Below, one piece after another: positions 1-9,618 of a stretch of DNA of 32,098 bases. The stretch's first letter is position 1. Each line of letters starts with the position of its first letter. The DNA is from Chitinophagales bacterium (GTDB taxonomy: Bacteria > Bacteroidota > Bacteroidia > Chitinophagales > BACL12): NCBI GenBank assembly GCA_044448625.1, contig JBIOHA010000003.1, positions 1-32,098 on the forward strand, read 5' to 3'. Made by a program: the position numbers and the translations under genes. The notes beneath the pieces were generated by a model that worked only from the letters and a program-made list of their open reading frames with translations, ran no database searches and had not been told where the DNA came from.

Positions 1-492
1 AATTCATGTTATTACGATGGAAATAATATTTTAGGCGGAGATTATAGCCTTGGATATATCCTGGGCGATGAAGGAAGCGGCAGCTATTTCGGCAAACGAT
101 TGCTGCGTGATTATTTTTATAGTTTATTACCGGAAGATCTGCACAATAAATTTGCAAAACAATATGCGATCTCCAGAACTGAATTAATTGAACGGATTTA
201 TAAACAGGATTTTCCCAATGAATATCTTGCATCGTATCTCCCGTTCTTTAAAGAAAATGCGAGCCATCCTTATTGTTCCTATTTTATTAATTTCGGTTTC
301 GAAGAATTTATAAGGATATATATTTATAGGTTTCCGAATTTCAAAGTTGTTGATATATGGTTTGTGGGCTCTGTCGCCTTTCACTTTCAGGAGCAACTAT
401 TAAAAGCATGTAAGGAAACAGATATACATGTTGCTGGCATCATTCAGTCTCCTATATCCCAACTTGCCAATTATCACTATATTAGAAAATAA
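1..492 (+). CDS. N-acetylglucosamine kinase-like (BadF/BadG/BcrA/BcrD-type) ATPase, 5' truncated by the window edge
   Basis: Frame 1 is open from base 1 and reads NSCYYDG...[12 protein letters not shown] (sugar-kinase motif), later FVGSVAFHF. The TTG start at 100 in the ORF track is internal. Confidence 0.85.
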   Translation, partial: NSCYYDGNNILGGDYSLGYILGDEGSGSYFGKRLLRDYFYSLLPEDLHNKFAKQYAISRTELIERIYKQDFPNEYLASYLPFFKENASHPYCSYFINFGFEEFIRIYIYRFPNFKVVDIWFVGSVAFHFQEQLLKACKETDIHVAGIIQSPISQLANYHYIRK

Positions 493-494
493 TT

Positions 495-2165
495 ATGTCT
501 CTTCCTGTAAGCATACCAAAAATTAATTTCAGAACAACTTCTGCATATCATCAGTTGAAATCGTTATTTGATAAAACTAAAGGTGATCATTTGCGTGATA
601 TGTTTGCCAATGACCATAAGCGTTTTGATAAGTTCTCCATCTGCTTTGAGGAATTTCTTTTTGATTATTCGAAAAACAGGATAAATGCCGGAATAATTGA
701 TGAACTGATACAATTAGCTGAGCAGGTAAATTTAAAAGATGCTATAGAGCAGATGTTTACTGGCGCCAGGATCAATGAAACTGAAAACCGAGCAGTACTC
801 CATACCGCTTTGAGAAATTTTTCCGGAAAATCAATTGAGCTTGATGGAAAAGATATTATGCCCGGGATAATTGCGGTAAGAAATAAAATGAAACAGTTTT
901 CTGAGCATATAATTTCTGGAAAATTAAAAGGGTATGCCGGGAAACAATTTACCGATGTTGTGAATATTGGAATCGGGGGTTCCGACCTTGGCCCGTACAT
1001 GGTATGTGAAGCATTGAAATTTTATAAAATAAAACACCTCAATGTGCATTTTGTTTCCAATGTTGATGGAACTCAGATCACAGAAACATTAAAAAACCTC
1101 GATCCGGAAACGACATTATTTTTAATTGCTTCAAAAACATTTACCACCCAGGAGACTATGGCTAATGCACGGCATGCAAGAAAATGGTTTCTTGATAATG
1201 CCCGCGATGAAAAATTAGTCGCAAAACATTTTATTGCTTTATCTACAGCTGAACAAGAAGTTGTAAAATTTGGCATCAGCATCGAAAATATGTTTGAATT
1301 CTGGGATTGGGTAGGGGGGCGATATAGTTTATGGAGCGCCATCGGTTTATCTGTTTGCCTTGCGGTTGGGTATGAAAATTTTGAAAAATTGTTAGAGGGT
1401 GCTTATGCTGCCGATATTCATTTTAGAAATACCGGATTTGGAAATAATATCCCGGTTCTTATGGCATTGATCGGTTTCTGGAATATTGAATTCTTTGGAT
1501 TTAATGCGCATGCAATAATACCCTATGATCAATATCTCCATCGCTTCGCAGCTTATTTACAACAAACCGATATGGAGAGCAATGGAAAAAGTGTCGACCG
1601 GAATGGAAATAATATCGATTATTCCACCGGCCCCGTTATTTGGGGTGAACCCGGTACGAACGGACAGCATGCATTTTTTCAGCTACTGCACCAGGGCACG
1701 GAAATTATACCGGCCGATTTTATTGCTGCGGCAAATTCATTAAACCCGGTTGATGATCAGCATGAAATTTTAATGTCTAACTTCCTTGCGCAAACAGAAG
1801 CATTGATGAATGGAAAAACTGAAGAGGAAGTACGTATAGAATTAAGGGCGAAGGGCATGAGCGATGAAGAAATAAAATTACATTCTCCTTTCAGGGTTTT
1901 CGACGGCAACCGGCCAACAAATACATTCCTTATTAAAATGCTGACCCCTTATAATTTAGGAACATTGATTGCATTTTATGAACATAAAATATTTGTTCAG
2001 GGTGTTTTGTGGAATATCAATAGTTTCGATCAATGGGGCGTTGAGCTCGGGAAAAAACTTGCCGCAACCATTTTACCTGAATTAAACAGCGATGCGGAAA
2101 TTAAAACCCACGATGTTTCAACAAACGGATTGATGAACTGGATCAAGAAAATGAGGGCAGATTAA
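495..2165 (+). CDS. pgi: Glucose-6-phosphate isomerase
   Basis: Motifs [71 protein letters not shown]. Confidence 0.99.
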   Translation: MSLPVSIPKINFRTTSAYHQLKSLFDKTKGDHLRDMFANDHKRFDKFSICFEEFLFDYSKNRINAGIIDELIQLAEQVNLKDAIEQMFTGARINETENRAVLHTALRNFSGKSIELDGKDIMPGIIAVRNKMKQFSEHIISGKLKGYAGKQFTDVVNIGIGGSDLGPYMVCEALKFYKIKHLNVHFVSNVDGTQITETLKNLDPETTLFLIASKTFTTQETMANARHARKWFLDNARDEKLVAKHFIALSTAEQEVVKFGISIENMFEFWDWVGGRYSLWSAIGLSVCLAVGYENFEKLLEGAYAADIHFRNTGFGNNIPVLMALIGFWNIEFFGFNAHAIIPYDQYLHRFAAYLQQTDMESNGKSVDRNGNNIDYSTGPVIWGEPGTNGQHAFFQLLHQGTEIIPADFIAAANSLNPVDDQHEILMSNFLAQTEALMNGKTEEEVRIELRAKGMSDEEIKLHSPFRVFDGNRPTNTFLIKMLTPYNLGTLIAFYEHKIFVQGVLWNINSFDQWGVELGKKLAATILPELNSDAEIKTHDVSTNGLMNWIKKMRAD

Positions 2166-3148
2166 ATTAAAAGATTGCACCCCCTGATATCTGAATTATC
2201 AAGTCGCCCAATTACCTCAAACGAATTATCTGCATTTATTCTTCCAAGGTCACGTGTTGCGATAAAACTGCATGAATGAATATTCACCAGGTCTATAATA
2301 TTTAAACAGCCTGTTTTACCCGGGGCTAATAATTTGAATGGGTCTTCAGCATCGCGGGTGAAAACCTTTAACCAGGGCGGGCTAAAAAATAAACCGTCTT
2401 TATTGGAATATGCCTGAGACAATAACTCAGTCATTCCGTATTCTGAATGGATGGTGTTTATTCCGAAAGCACTTTTTATAATTGCATGCAATTCTTCCCG
2501 CGTGATTTCTTTCCTTCTGCCTTTCATACCACCCGTTTCCATTATTATGGTGTTTTTTAATGGCAACTGAAAATGTTCTGCGAGCTCGAGTAAAGCGAAA
2601 GATACACCAATGAGAATGGTAGGTATATTTCCTGCTTCATTCCTTTTTACGATATCAATGAGTTTTTCATATTCATTTAAATAAAAACCGCTCTGCTTAT
2701 AATTACTGCGATTTATTAATTCATTGCACATCATTACCAGGGAAGAATGTTTGCGTTCAAGGTAGGAGGGAAGCAATGCCAGGTAACAATAATTTTTAAT
2801 TTCACCATGAAATAATTCAAACCCCTTCACAATACTTTCAATATATAAACTGCTGTCGGAAATATAATGCAGGCTTTTTAATTCTGAAGTCGTACCGCTA
2901 CTTTCAAAATAATTACCTGTATTCACATCACCAGTAATGATCTTATGCGTTCTGAAAAATTCTATGGGCAGGAACGGGATATGCTCAATTGCGGAAACTG
3001 ATTGAGGAGAAATGTCTAAATATTGTAAAAATTTCCTGTAAACTGGGTTTTGTTCAACCTGGTAATTGAACAGCGCCAGGGCTTTATTGGCAAACGAATG
3101 TTTGTCTGTATTAAATATTTGCGATTTGAACTCAACAATATTTTCCAT
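2162..3148 (-). CDS. LuxE/PaaK-like acyl-protein synthetase (ANL adenylate-forming family)
   Basis: FESSGTTS P-loop, ETGGMKG, SEYGMTE, TRDLG and C-terminal GR...IRGC. Confidence 0.85.
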   Translation of the reverse strand: MENIVEFKSQIFNTDKHSFANKALALFNYQVEQNPVYRKFLQYLDISPQSVSAIEHIPFLPIEFFRTHKIITGDVNTGNYFESSGTTSELKSLHYISDSSLYIESIVKGFELFHGEIKNYCYLALLPSYLERKHSSLVMMCNELINRSNYKQSGFYLNEYEKLIDIVKRNEAGNIPTILIGVSFALLELAEHFQLPLKNTIIMETGGMKGRRKEITREELHAIIKSAFGINTIHSEYGMTELLSQAYSNKDGLFFSPPWLKVFTRDAEDPFKLLAPGKTGCLNIIDLVNIHSCSFIATRDLGRINADNSFEVIGRLDNSDIRGCNLLI

Positions 3149-3170
3149 TGTTTGCCAGTTATAGAATATG

Positions 3171-3178
3171 TAATTTTG
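3171..3178 (+). promoter_or_regulatory. Bacteroidota -7 promoter element (TAATTTTG) for the 3191 lipoprotein
   Basis: Exact TAnnTTTG match, 12 nt upstream of ATG 3191. Confidence 0.55.
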
Positions 3179-3190
3179 GAATGTAAAAGT

Positions 3191-3637
3191 ATGATTCGTA
3201 AATACAGCTTCATAATAATTTTATTGATGTTAGCCGCTGCTTCCTGTATAAAGCCGCCAGATTACCCTATTGAGCCACGAATTGAGTTTGTAAGTATGAA
3301 TTCAAACAGCTTCACAGAACTTGATGACGACAGCCTTAGTGTAGTTCTTTATTTTGAAGATGGCGATGGCGACCTGGGCAGTGAAGATAGCGTAAATATG
3401 TTTTGGGAAGACAGTAGGTTTCCCGGAAATTTTATTCCTTTTAAGATACCCTTCCTCGAAATATCGGGTAACAGCAAAGCAATTTCTGGAACCATTACCA
3501 CATATTATCCCATTACTTTCTGCAGCTCAGATACTGTTGTGGTTGATACTTTTTATTATAGGATTTTTATTGTCGACAGGGCAGGGCATGTGAGTAACAC
3601 AGATTCCACTGATGCAATTTATTTGCACTGCAATTGA
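3191..3637 (+). CDS. Hypothetical lipoprotein
   Basis: A start at ATG 3191 (MIRKYSFIIILLMLAAASC) gives a signal peptide II with lipobox Cys. Contains FEDGDGDLG and DRAGHVSN motifs typical of Bacteroidota lipoproteins. The longer track start at 3050 overlaps the luxE-like gene. Confidence 0.8.
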   Translation: MIRKYSFIIILLMLAAASCIKPPDYPIEPRIEFVSMNSNSFTELDDDSLSVVLYFEDGDGDLGSEDSVNMFWEDSRFPGNFIPFKIPFLEISGNSKAISGTITTYYPITFCSSDTVVVDTFYYRIFIVDRAGHVSNTDSTDAIYLHCN

Positions 3638-3643
3638 TTTATT

Positions 3644-4552
3644 TTATTCCTCATCAAGCCAGTGCACCCCTTTTATTAATAACTCCAAAGTAATTTCTTC
3701 TTTACTTCCTTTTAAGGGTTTAAAATTATATACCCAGCTTGCTTCAGGTGGTAAGCTCATTAAAACCGATTCTGTTCTTCCATCAGTATCCAGTCCGAAT
3801 TTTGTTCCTTTATCATAAACAAGGTTGAATTCAACATAACGCCCTCTCCGCAGCAATTGGAATTTCTTTTCTTTTTTTCCGTAATGAATATCTTTTTTTT
3901 CCTGCATAAATCTGGTATACAGGGGTGCAAAAAGATTTCCCGCCTCCTTTACAAATTCAAACCGATTTGATAATGAAATTTCATCTGTTGCCGACAACCG
4001 GTCGAAAAAAATACCTCCTATGCCACGGGTTTCATTGCGGTGATGAATAAAAAAATAATCATCGGCCCACTTTTTAAAATCATGATAATAATTCCGGTCA
4101 TGATCATCACAAACTTTTTTAAGCTGTTTATGAAAATATTTAGCCTGGATAATATCAATATAAATAGGTGTGAGGTCTATTCCGCCGCCAAACCATTTCT
4201 CACCGCTGCTCACTTCAAAATAACGCATATTCATATGAATGATGGGCACCATCGGGCTAAATGGATGCATGACAATTGAAATTCCTGAGGCAAAAAAATC
4301 ATGGCCTTTTACTGATAAGGCATTTGCAATATTATTCGGTAAAATACCATGCACCTCCGAAAAATTGACCCCTCCTTTTTCAATAATATTTGCATTCTGA
4401 AGTATCCGTGTTTTGCCTCCACCACCGCCAGGTCGTTGCCATGGTTCCTCTTCAAATATTCCCTTGCCGTCGCATTTTTCAATTTCATGACAAATATCGT
4501 CCTGCAGTTTTTGAAACCACTCCGAAATTATAAATCTGTTTAATTCCTTCAC
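3644..4552 (-). CDS. hemF: Oxygen-dependent coproporphyrinogen III oxidase
   Basis: GGGG.T, EKGGVNFS, HMNMRYF, WFGGGIDLTP, RGIGGIFFD, RRGRYVEFNLVYDKGTKFGL, ESVLMSLP. Confidence 0.98.
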   Translation of the reverse strand: MKELNRFIISEWFQKLQDDICHEIEKCDGKGIFEEEPWQRPGGGGGKTRILQNANIIEKGGVNFSEVHGILPNNIANALSVKGHDFFASGISIVMHPFSPMVPIIHMNMRYFEVSSGEKWFGGGIDLTPIYIDIIQAKYFHKQLKKVCDDHDRNYYHDFKKWADDYFFIHHRNETRGIGGIFFDRLSATDEISLSNRFEFVKEAGNLFAPLYTRFMQEKKDIHYGKKEKKFQLLRRGRYVEFNLVYDKGTKFGLDTDGRTESVLMSLPPEASWVYNFKPLKGSKEEITLELLIKGVHWLDEE

Positions 4553-4590
4553 GCCTTAAAGTTATTATGGATTAATTAGAAATGAGGTGA

Positions 4591-4616
4591 AGTAGCAAGT
4601 ATCAGGTATCAAGTAT
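4591..4616. repeat. Short heptamer tandem repeat (AGTAGCA AGTATCA GGTATCA AGTAT)
   Basis: About 3.7 imperfect 7-nt units in the intergenic gap upstream of hemF. Confidence 0.5.
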
Positions 4617-4636
4617 GGCTGCCACTGATTTGATTC

Positions 4637-4999
4637 TTAGCGCACACTAAAATCAATACGCAGTTTCCTGTTTCTATTGATATGATCTTCAAAATCACAA
4701 AATGGGCCCTGGGTGTACGAAGGAAGATAAACCGCTTTAAAGCTCCCCGGTAAATTATTGTCGCCAAAAAATGATATAAGCAGAGGATATTGAATTCCCT
4801 TAATAAAAAGGGTTTGATGCACACTATGCAATGAATAAAAACTGGAAGTAATCGCCGGTTTGAAAGTTACCATTAATTCAGGGGAAGGGATAAAATTGCT
4901 CCTGGTATCGCATTTGTGATCAGAATAAATAACTGCAACCTGTGTTTTGCCCGTAGCAAAATAAAAAATCAAACTCAAAAATATGATCGAACGCATCAT
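4637..4999 (-). CDS. Small secreted hypothetical protein
   Basis: ATG at 4999 (MMRSIIFLSLIFYFATGKTQ, signal-peptide-like) lies just after the DUF2490 stop. C-terminal GPFCDFE...LRIDF segment. Confidence 0.6.
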   Translation of the reverse strand: MMRSIIFLSLIFYFATGKTQVAVIYSDHKCDTRSNFIPSPELMVTFKPAITSSFYSLHSVHQTLFIKGIQYPLLISFFGDNNLPGSFKAVYLPSYTQGPFCDFEDHINRNRKLRIDFSVR

Positions 5000-5000
5000 C

Positions 5001-5639
5001 TTAAAACGAATATACGTATCCCAACGCAAATATGTGTAAAGTTTCAGGGTCATTTACCTGAAATTCCTTGTCATACAGATAGGCGGCCTTGATGTCGTGA
5101 TGTTTTGTAGGACTATAGCCTATTCCTCCTTCCAGCCTGTAATCATCAAACTGATGCAGGCCGGTTTCAAACGAATAAAATAATTCTCCTGAAATAAATG
5201 GGGTAAAATCCTTATTGATCTTATATTTTACCGACACCTTGTTTCTCCATGCACTTCCTTCCTGCGCATCAGGGGTAAAACTATATTGCACCTTACTTCT
5301 GAATCCGATATCCAGGTCGTTGAACCCTTCTCTTAAATTGATAGAAGCACCAACGCGGTTGATATTTTTTTCAGGCCTGATCGAAAAGCGATAATCAGCT
5401 CCAACTTTTATTTTTTTTGTTATCTTATAATCGAGGGCAACATCGGAATTCAGCTGATATAATTCCGCTACGGAGAAATTATACCTGGCTTCTTCGCTGA
5501 TGTCGCAAGTGAGGTCTTCAATGATATTAAAACTTATTCCAGCATTCAACCAACCTGCGCCATCAGTAGTTTGAGCCGACAGTTGTGTGGAGAAAATAAT
5601 TATCACTAAATAAAATGCGAGCAACAATTTTTTAATCAT
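5001..5639 (-). CDS. DUF2490-like outer-membrane beta-barrel protein
   Basis: Signal peptide (MIKKLLLAF...LSAQ), alternating amphipathic strands, WRNK and PFISGELFY motifs, C-terminal YVYSF beta-signal. Start reassigned to ATG 5639. Confidence 0.8.
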   Translation of the reverse strand: MIKKLLLAFYLVIIIFSTQLSAQTTDGAGWLNAGISFNIIEDLTCDISEEARYNFSVAELYQLNSDVALDYKITKKIKVGADYRFSIRPEKNINRVGASINLREGFNDLDIGFRSKVQYSFTPDAQEGSAWRNKVSVKYKINKDFTPFISGELFYSFETGLHQFDDYRLEGGIGYSPTKHHDIKAAYLYDKEFQVNDPETLHIFALGYVYSF

Positions 5640-6315
5640 CATCGTCATCATCGGTTTCGGTTGCTTCAGCATCAGTGGAAATGGGAGATTTGAAAAAGAT
5701 CTTCACCCTTGCCATATCTCTCAAAAAATCGGTGGTGAGAATTTCAAAAGAACGGATATCAAGGCCTGTTCTTTCACGCAGGTCCTGCATCATTTCTGCA
5801 TGTTTTGCAGGTTTAATATTTTCTATTTTTTCATATTCAATGGTTTGCTCGCTCAATCCTTCTTTATACCATAACCGTTCTAAAAGGAAAGCAGCGGCAA
5901 TTAATGAAACGTTGGTAAACAACAACTCGCTAAAACTTATCTTTTTGGTGGTGGTAAGTGAATTAATTACAGCAACTGCGATCACCAAAAACAGATAGGT
6001 CATTTCTTTCATTGGAATACTTATCGTACGATACCTTAAAATGCTGAAGATGGCGAACAAGCCGAAGGCAAAACCCATTTCCAGTTTTATTCCCGACAAC
6101 AGATAACAAAGAAAAAATACAAGCATACTGAATATGTAAAAGGAGAATGCATAATTCTTATTTTTCTTATCGCTGCGATAGGTAAATTTCACCAATATGT
6201 AAACAATAATAAAGTTAAATGCCGATCTTATTATGAGGTCGTAAAGGTCAGTATCAAAGAACTTTTGGTCCAGGAACCTGTTAGATTCTGTCGCCTGCAA
6301 TATTAGGTTGTACAT
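5632..6315 (-). CDS. DUF4956 family inner-membrane protein
   Basis: Several TM helices, GFAFGLFAIFSILRYRT, KEMTYLF, and a C-terminal soluble domain (IEYEKIENIKP...DLRERTGLDI...DFLRD). Confidence 0.85.
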   Translation of the reverse strand: MYNLILQATESNRFLDQKFFDTDLYDLIIRSAFNFIIVYILVKFTYRSDKKNKNYAFSFYIFSMLVFFLCYLLSGIKLEMGFAFGLFAIFSILRYRTISIPMKEMTYLFLVIAVAVINSLTTTKKISFSELLFTNVSLIAAAFLLERLWYKEGLSEQTIEYEKIENIKPAKHAEMMQDLRERTGLDIRSFEILTTDFLRDMARVKIFFKSPISTDAEATETDDDDDD

Positions 6316-7060
6316 TTTCAATCCGGTTTATTTGTAGTTTTTTGAATTTAAAATTATTTTGTTTTAAGTGATCGTACATAAAAGCAGCGCCAACACTGTA
6401 CTTGCTTATCCGAACCTCAGGACAAAGATTATCACGCATGGCAATTTTGAATCGCGACCCCGATGACGAGCCATCCATCTTTAATTCGGCAATACATAAA
6501 TTACTGAATATCCTTTTATGCCCAGGCACTTCCAAAACGAGATCTGTATCAATTGTTGTTCTCTCTTTTAATGAATTATTCACCAGGGTAAATCTCTTAA
6601 AATCATTTCTCAGTGTTGGCTTCAGTTCTTCAGGATCAAAAGGCGAATGTATGCGAATAAACGCTTTTGCCTCATCAGATAATTCCATTTTAAATTCCGG
6701 AATAATGATCCTCGATTTTATGGTGCGTCTTGTATTGGTTTTGAATTTGATCTCAAGGAAAGTGAGATTGCTTTCAACATATTGCCTTATCCTGATTTTG
6801 TAGCGGTTAACACGTTGATTATGATGTTGGGTATAGAAAAAAAAGTCTTCGGTATCAAAATAAATATTCCTGTAATTAAAAACCCTGTTTCCGCCAATAT
6901 CAAGAACTTTATATTCCGGTTGGAGATGCTGGAGTATTGATGGCAATTTTGTCCTGTTGAAAAAATACTTGGTATCCTTCCTGTTCATGAGTTCAACACC
7001 TTCCATTTCCTTCAAAGAAATAGTGTCGTAATTACCAAGTATCTCAACTATTTTACTCAT
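6281..7060 (-). CDS. VTC-domain (polyphosphate polymerase-like, CYTH/TTM superfamily) protein
   Basis: LMNRKDTKY, IYFDT, KIRIRQY, FLEIKFK, ERTTIDTDL, IAELK, ISKY. Confidence 0.88.
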   Translation of the reverse strand: MSKIVEILGNYDTISLKEMEGVELMNRKDTKYFFNRTKLPSILQHLQPEYKVLDIGGNRVFNYRNIYFDTEDFFFYTQHHNQRVNRYKIRIRQYVESNLTFLEIKFKTNTRRTIKSRIIIPEFKMELSDEAKAFIRIHSPFDPEELKPTLRNDFKRFTLVNNSLKERTTIDTDLVLEVPGHKRIFSNLCIAELKMDGSSSGSRFKIAMRDNLCPEVRISKYSVGAAFMYDHLKQNNFKFKKLQINRIENVQPNIAGDRI

Positions 7061-7470
7061 TATCTTTTTTCGATCGTAATATCATCAACAAGCAACTCCT
7101 GGTGATTGTCGGTTATTTCAGCATTTAAAAATATAGGTTCTGTAGATCCATCGCAGGTGAGGCAATCGGAATAACAATAAATTGTATACGACCCCTTGCG
7201 AAGAAACCTGAATTCATAGGTGCCGTCGTAACTTGTTTTAACTTCATCATCTACCGCAGTACCATCCCCGTAAATAATAAAAACGCTTTCATCAGGGCCG
7301 TAATAATCCTGGTATTGCGTTCCAAATTCGTTAAACCGCAAAACATAAACTTTGCCTGTAATTGTGGAGGTGCCCCCATCTCCGGGTAGGTCACTGCAAC
7401 CGGTAAGGACAAGGGTGATTATCGTAAAAAAAGCAATACAGCATCTGATGATGTTGAAGGATTTCGCCAT
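7060..7470 (-). CDS. Lipoprotein with a small beta-sandwich (carboxypeptidase-regulatory/SdrD-like) domain
   Basis: Lipobox LTGC; TITGKV and T.YDGTYEF..L.KG.Y pattern. Its stop overlaps the VTC start (TAATG). Confidence 0.75.
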   Translation of the reverse strand: MAKSFNIIRCCIAFFTIITLVLTGCSDLPGDGGTSTITGKVYVLRFNEFGTQYQDYYGPDESVFIIYGDGTAVDDEVKTSYDGTYEFRFLRKGSYTIYCYSDCLTCDGSTEPIFLNAEITDNHQELLVDDITIEKR

Positions 7471-7787
7471 ATTAAATTTAATTTAAGCAACTGTGTCAAA
7501 AATGTTAAGCCTGTAAAATTAAAGTCTTTTATAGATATCCCGACATCCTGCCCTATCTTATCATCAACATCCTTCCGTTTATTGTAGCAGTGTTCGGATA
7601 GCGTATACATGGCTATGTTTTTGTTATGCAAGGGAAGGTTTAATTCTGAATAAATCGTGAGGAAAGCAGACCAACACCCAATACACTTAGGAAAACCGGT
7701 TTTAAAGTTGGCACAATTGTGTTAATTGAGGTTAAAGGAAAAGGAAATAAGGCTTAATTCAGTTTATACTTGCATTAAATTCTAATA

Positions 7788-9455
7788 ATGAATAGATCCA
7801 TCTTTCCACTGCTAATTGGAGTTTTGCTGGCGAATTGTCTGGAAGCCCAACTCTTCGACAAGCGGGAAGAATTTTCCCGTAAAGACAGCCTGCGTGGTGT
7901 TTTGAATGCAGAGAGAAGTTGTTATGACGTGACCTATTACGATCTTCAATTGAAAGTAGATATTGCCGCCCAGCAAATTATGGGTTCAAATACCATCTAT
8001 TATACAGTTGCTCAGGAATTTAATACACTTCAGATTGACCTTTTTTCCAACTTGACTATCACGTCTATTAGCAGTAGCGACGAGCCACTTCATTTTGAAA
8101 GAGAATTTGATGCAGTATTTGTCCATTTCCCACAAATGCAAAAAATAGGGACCATGGGCAGCATTAAAGTTGAATATTATGGAAATCCCCGGATCGCGAA
8201 AAATCCACCCTGGGATGGTGGATTTACTTTCACAAAAGATGGTCTTGGAAATCCATGGGTGGCAGTTTCATGCGAGGGATTGGGTGCCAGCGTATGGTGG
8301 CCAAACAAAGATCATTTGAGTGATGAACCGGATAGTATGCTTATCAGGGCGATAGTACCTGATTCACTGGTATGCATCGCCAACGGCAATTTTAGAGTGG
8401 AAAAAAAGACTGAACCGGGATGGAAAGAATATGATTGGTTTGTCAGTTATCCGATCAACAATTATAACGTTTCTTTAAACATCGGAAAGTATTCTCACTT
8501 CAGCGACATGTATAAAAATGCTGATGGAGCAAAATTGGTTATCGATTATTATGTTTTGCCTTATAATCTCGAAAAGGCAAAACAGCAATTTCTGCAAGTA
8601 AAACCCATGATCGCATGCTATGAAAATTATATGGGCAAATATCCCTTTTACAAAGATGGTTATGCGCTGGTAGAAACACCATATTTAGGAATGGAACACC
8701 AGGGTGCTATCGCTTATGGAAATAAATATAGAACAGGGTATTTGGGCGGAGATTATTCGGGGATTGACCTGGATTTTGATTACATCATCATTCATGAGTC
8801 GGCGCACGAGTGGTGGGGAAACAATGTAAGCGTAAAAGATATCGCAGACCTGTGGATACACGAAGGATTCGGCACCTACAGTGAAACGATCTATGTTGAA
8901 TGTTTATTCGGTTATGATAAAGCGATGGATTATATCTATGCGATGCATTCAAACATCCTGAATGATAAACCAATAATTGGTAATTATGATGTAAATGATG
9001 AAGGCAGTAGCGATATGTATCAAAAAGGTGCATTGCTGCTCAATACGTTGCGCACTTTAACCGATAATGATGAAACATGGTGGAGCATCATCAGGGGCAT
9101 TCAAAAAGATTTTGCTTTGCAAACGGTTACTACCGGCCAGATAGAAAAATATATAAGTGCGAAAGCAGGTAAGGATTTTAGTAAAGAATTTGATCAGTAT
9201 CTCCGTCATAAAAAAATTCCTGTATTGGAATATAGCGTGAAGAATACCGATAAAGGAATTGAATTTACCTATCGCTGGGTTGCCGATGTAGAAGGTTTCA
9301 ATATGCCCATTCGCTATGCCGATATTAATGGAAACTGGATCTGGTTTACTCCAACCCGGGATTTTCAAACCATTGCCATCCCCGGACTTATTGATAGTGG
9401 TTTTAAACTGGATAAAAAGCATTTCTACTTTGAAGAAAAAAAATCTAAAAGTTAA
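7788..9455 (+). CDS. M1 family zinc aminopeptidase, secreted
   Basis: Signal peptide, GMEH (GXMEN-like), HESAHEWWGN followed by WIHEGF (HEXXH-X18-E), catalytic Tyr in MYQKG. Confidence 0.95.
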   Translation: MNRSIFPLLIGVLLANCLEAQLFDKREEFSRKDSLRGVLNAERSCYDVTYYDLQLKVDIAAQQIMGSNTIYYTVAQEFNTLQIDLFSNLTITSISSSDEPLHFEREFDAVFVHFPQMQKIGTMGSIKVEYYGNPRIAKNPPWDGGFTFTKDGLGNPWVAVSCEGLGASVWWPNKDHLSDEPDSMLIRAIVPDSLVCIANGNFRVEKKTEPGWKEYDWFVSYPINNYNVSLNIGKYSHFSDMYKNADGAKLVIDYYVLPYNLEKAKQQFLQVKPMIACYENYMGKYPFYKDGYALVETPYLGMEHQGAIAYGNKYRTGYLGGDYSGIDLDFDYIIIHESAHEWWGNNVSVKDIADLWIHEGFGTYSETIYVECLFGYDKAMDYIYAMHSNILNDKPIIGNYDVNDEGSSDMYQKGALLLNTLRTLTDNDETWWSIIRGIQKDFALQTVTTGQIEKYISAKAGKDFSKEFDQYLRHKKIPVLEYSVKNTDKGIEFTYRWVADVEGFNMPIRYADINGNWIWFTPTRDFQTIAIPGLIDSGFKLDKKHFYFEEKKSKS

Positions 9456-9618
9456 GTAGTGCTTGTTTTTTCAATATTGAAATAACTCCGACGAATCTTC
9501 TCAAATGCAGTTTTAGGATCTCATCAGAATTGTCAAATAATTGAAAATCAGTGCGCTGATGATTTTTACTTTCCTGGGTTTTTTTATATATTTACCATTC
9601 TTACTTAAATCTGTCGGT

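Noticed and set aside
2162-3148. Bioluminescence (lux) operon
   Set aside because: No luxA/B/C/D genes are in the window.
3050-3190. Extended N-termini in the ORF track (also 9541, 12290, 17450, 31375)
   Set aside because: Downstream ATGs give proper signal peptides or family-typical N-termini and fit the promoter positions better.
5632-5672. GAT/GAC triplet run as a contingency repeat or a poly-Met N-terminus
   Set aside because: It encodes the poly-Asp tail of the DUF4956 protein. The MMTMMM in the overlapping frame is incidental; the barrel gene most likely starts at 5639.
7419-7631. 70-aa ORF upstream of the VTC operon as a leader peptide
   Set aside because: It overlaps the lipoprotein start out of frame and has no recognisable features.
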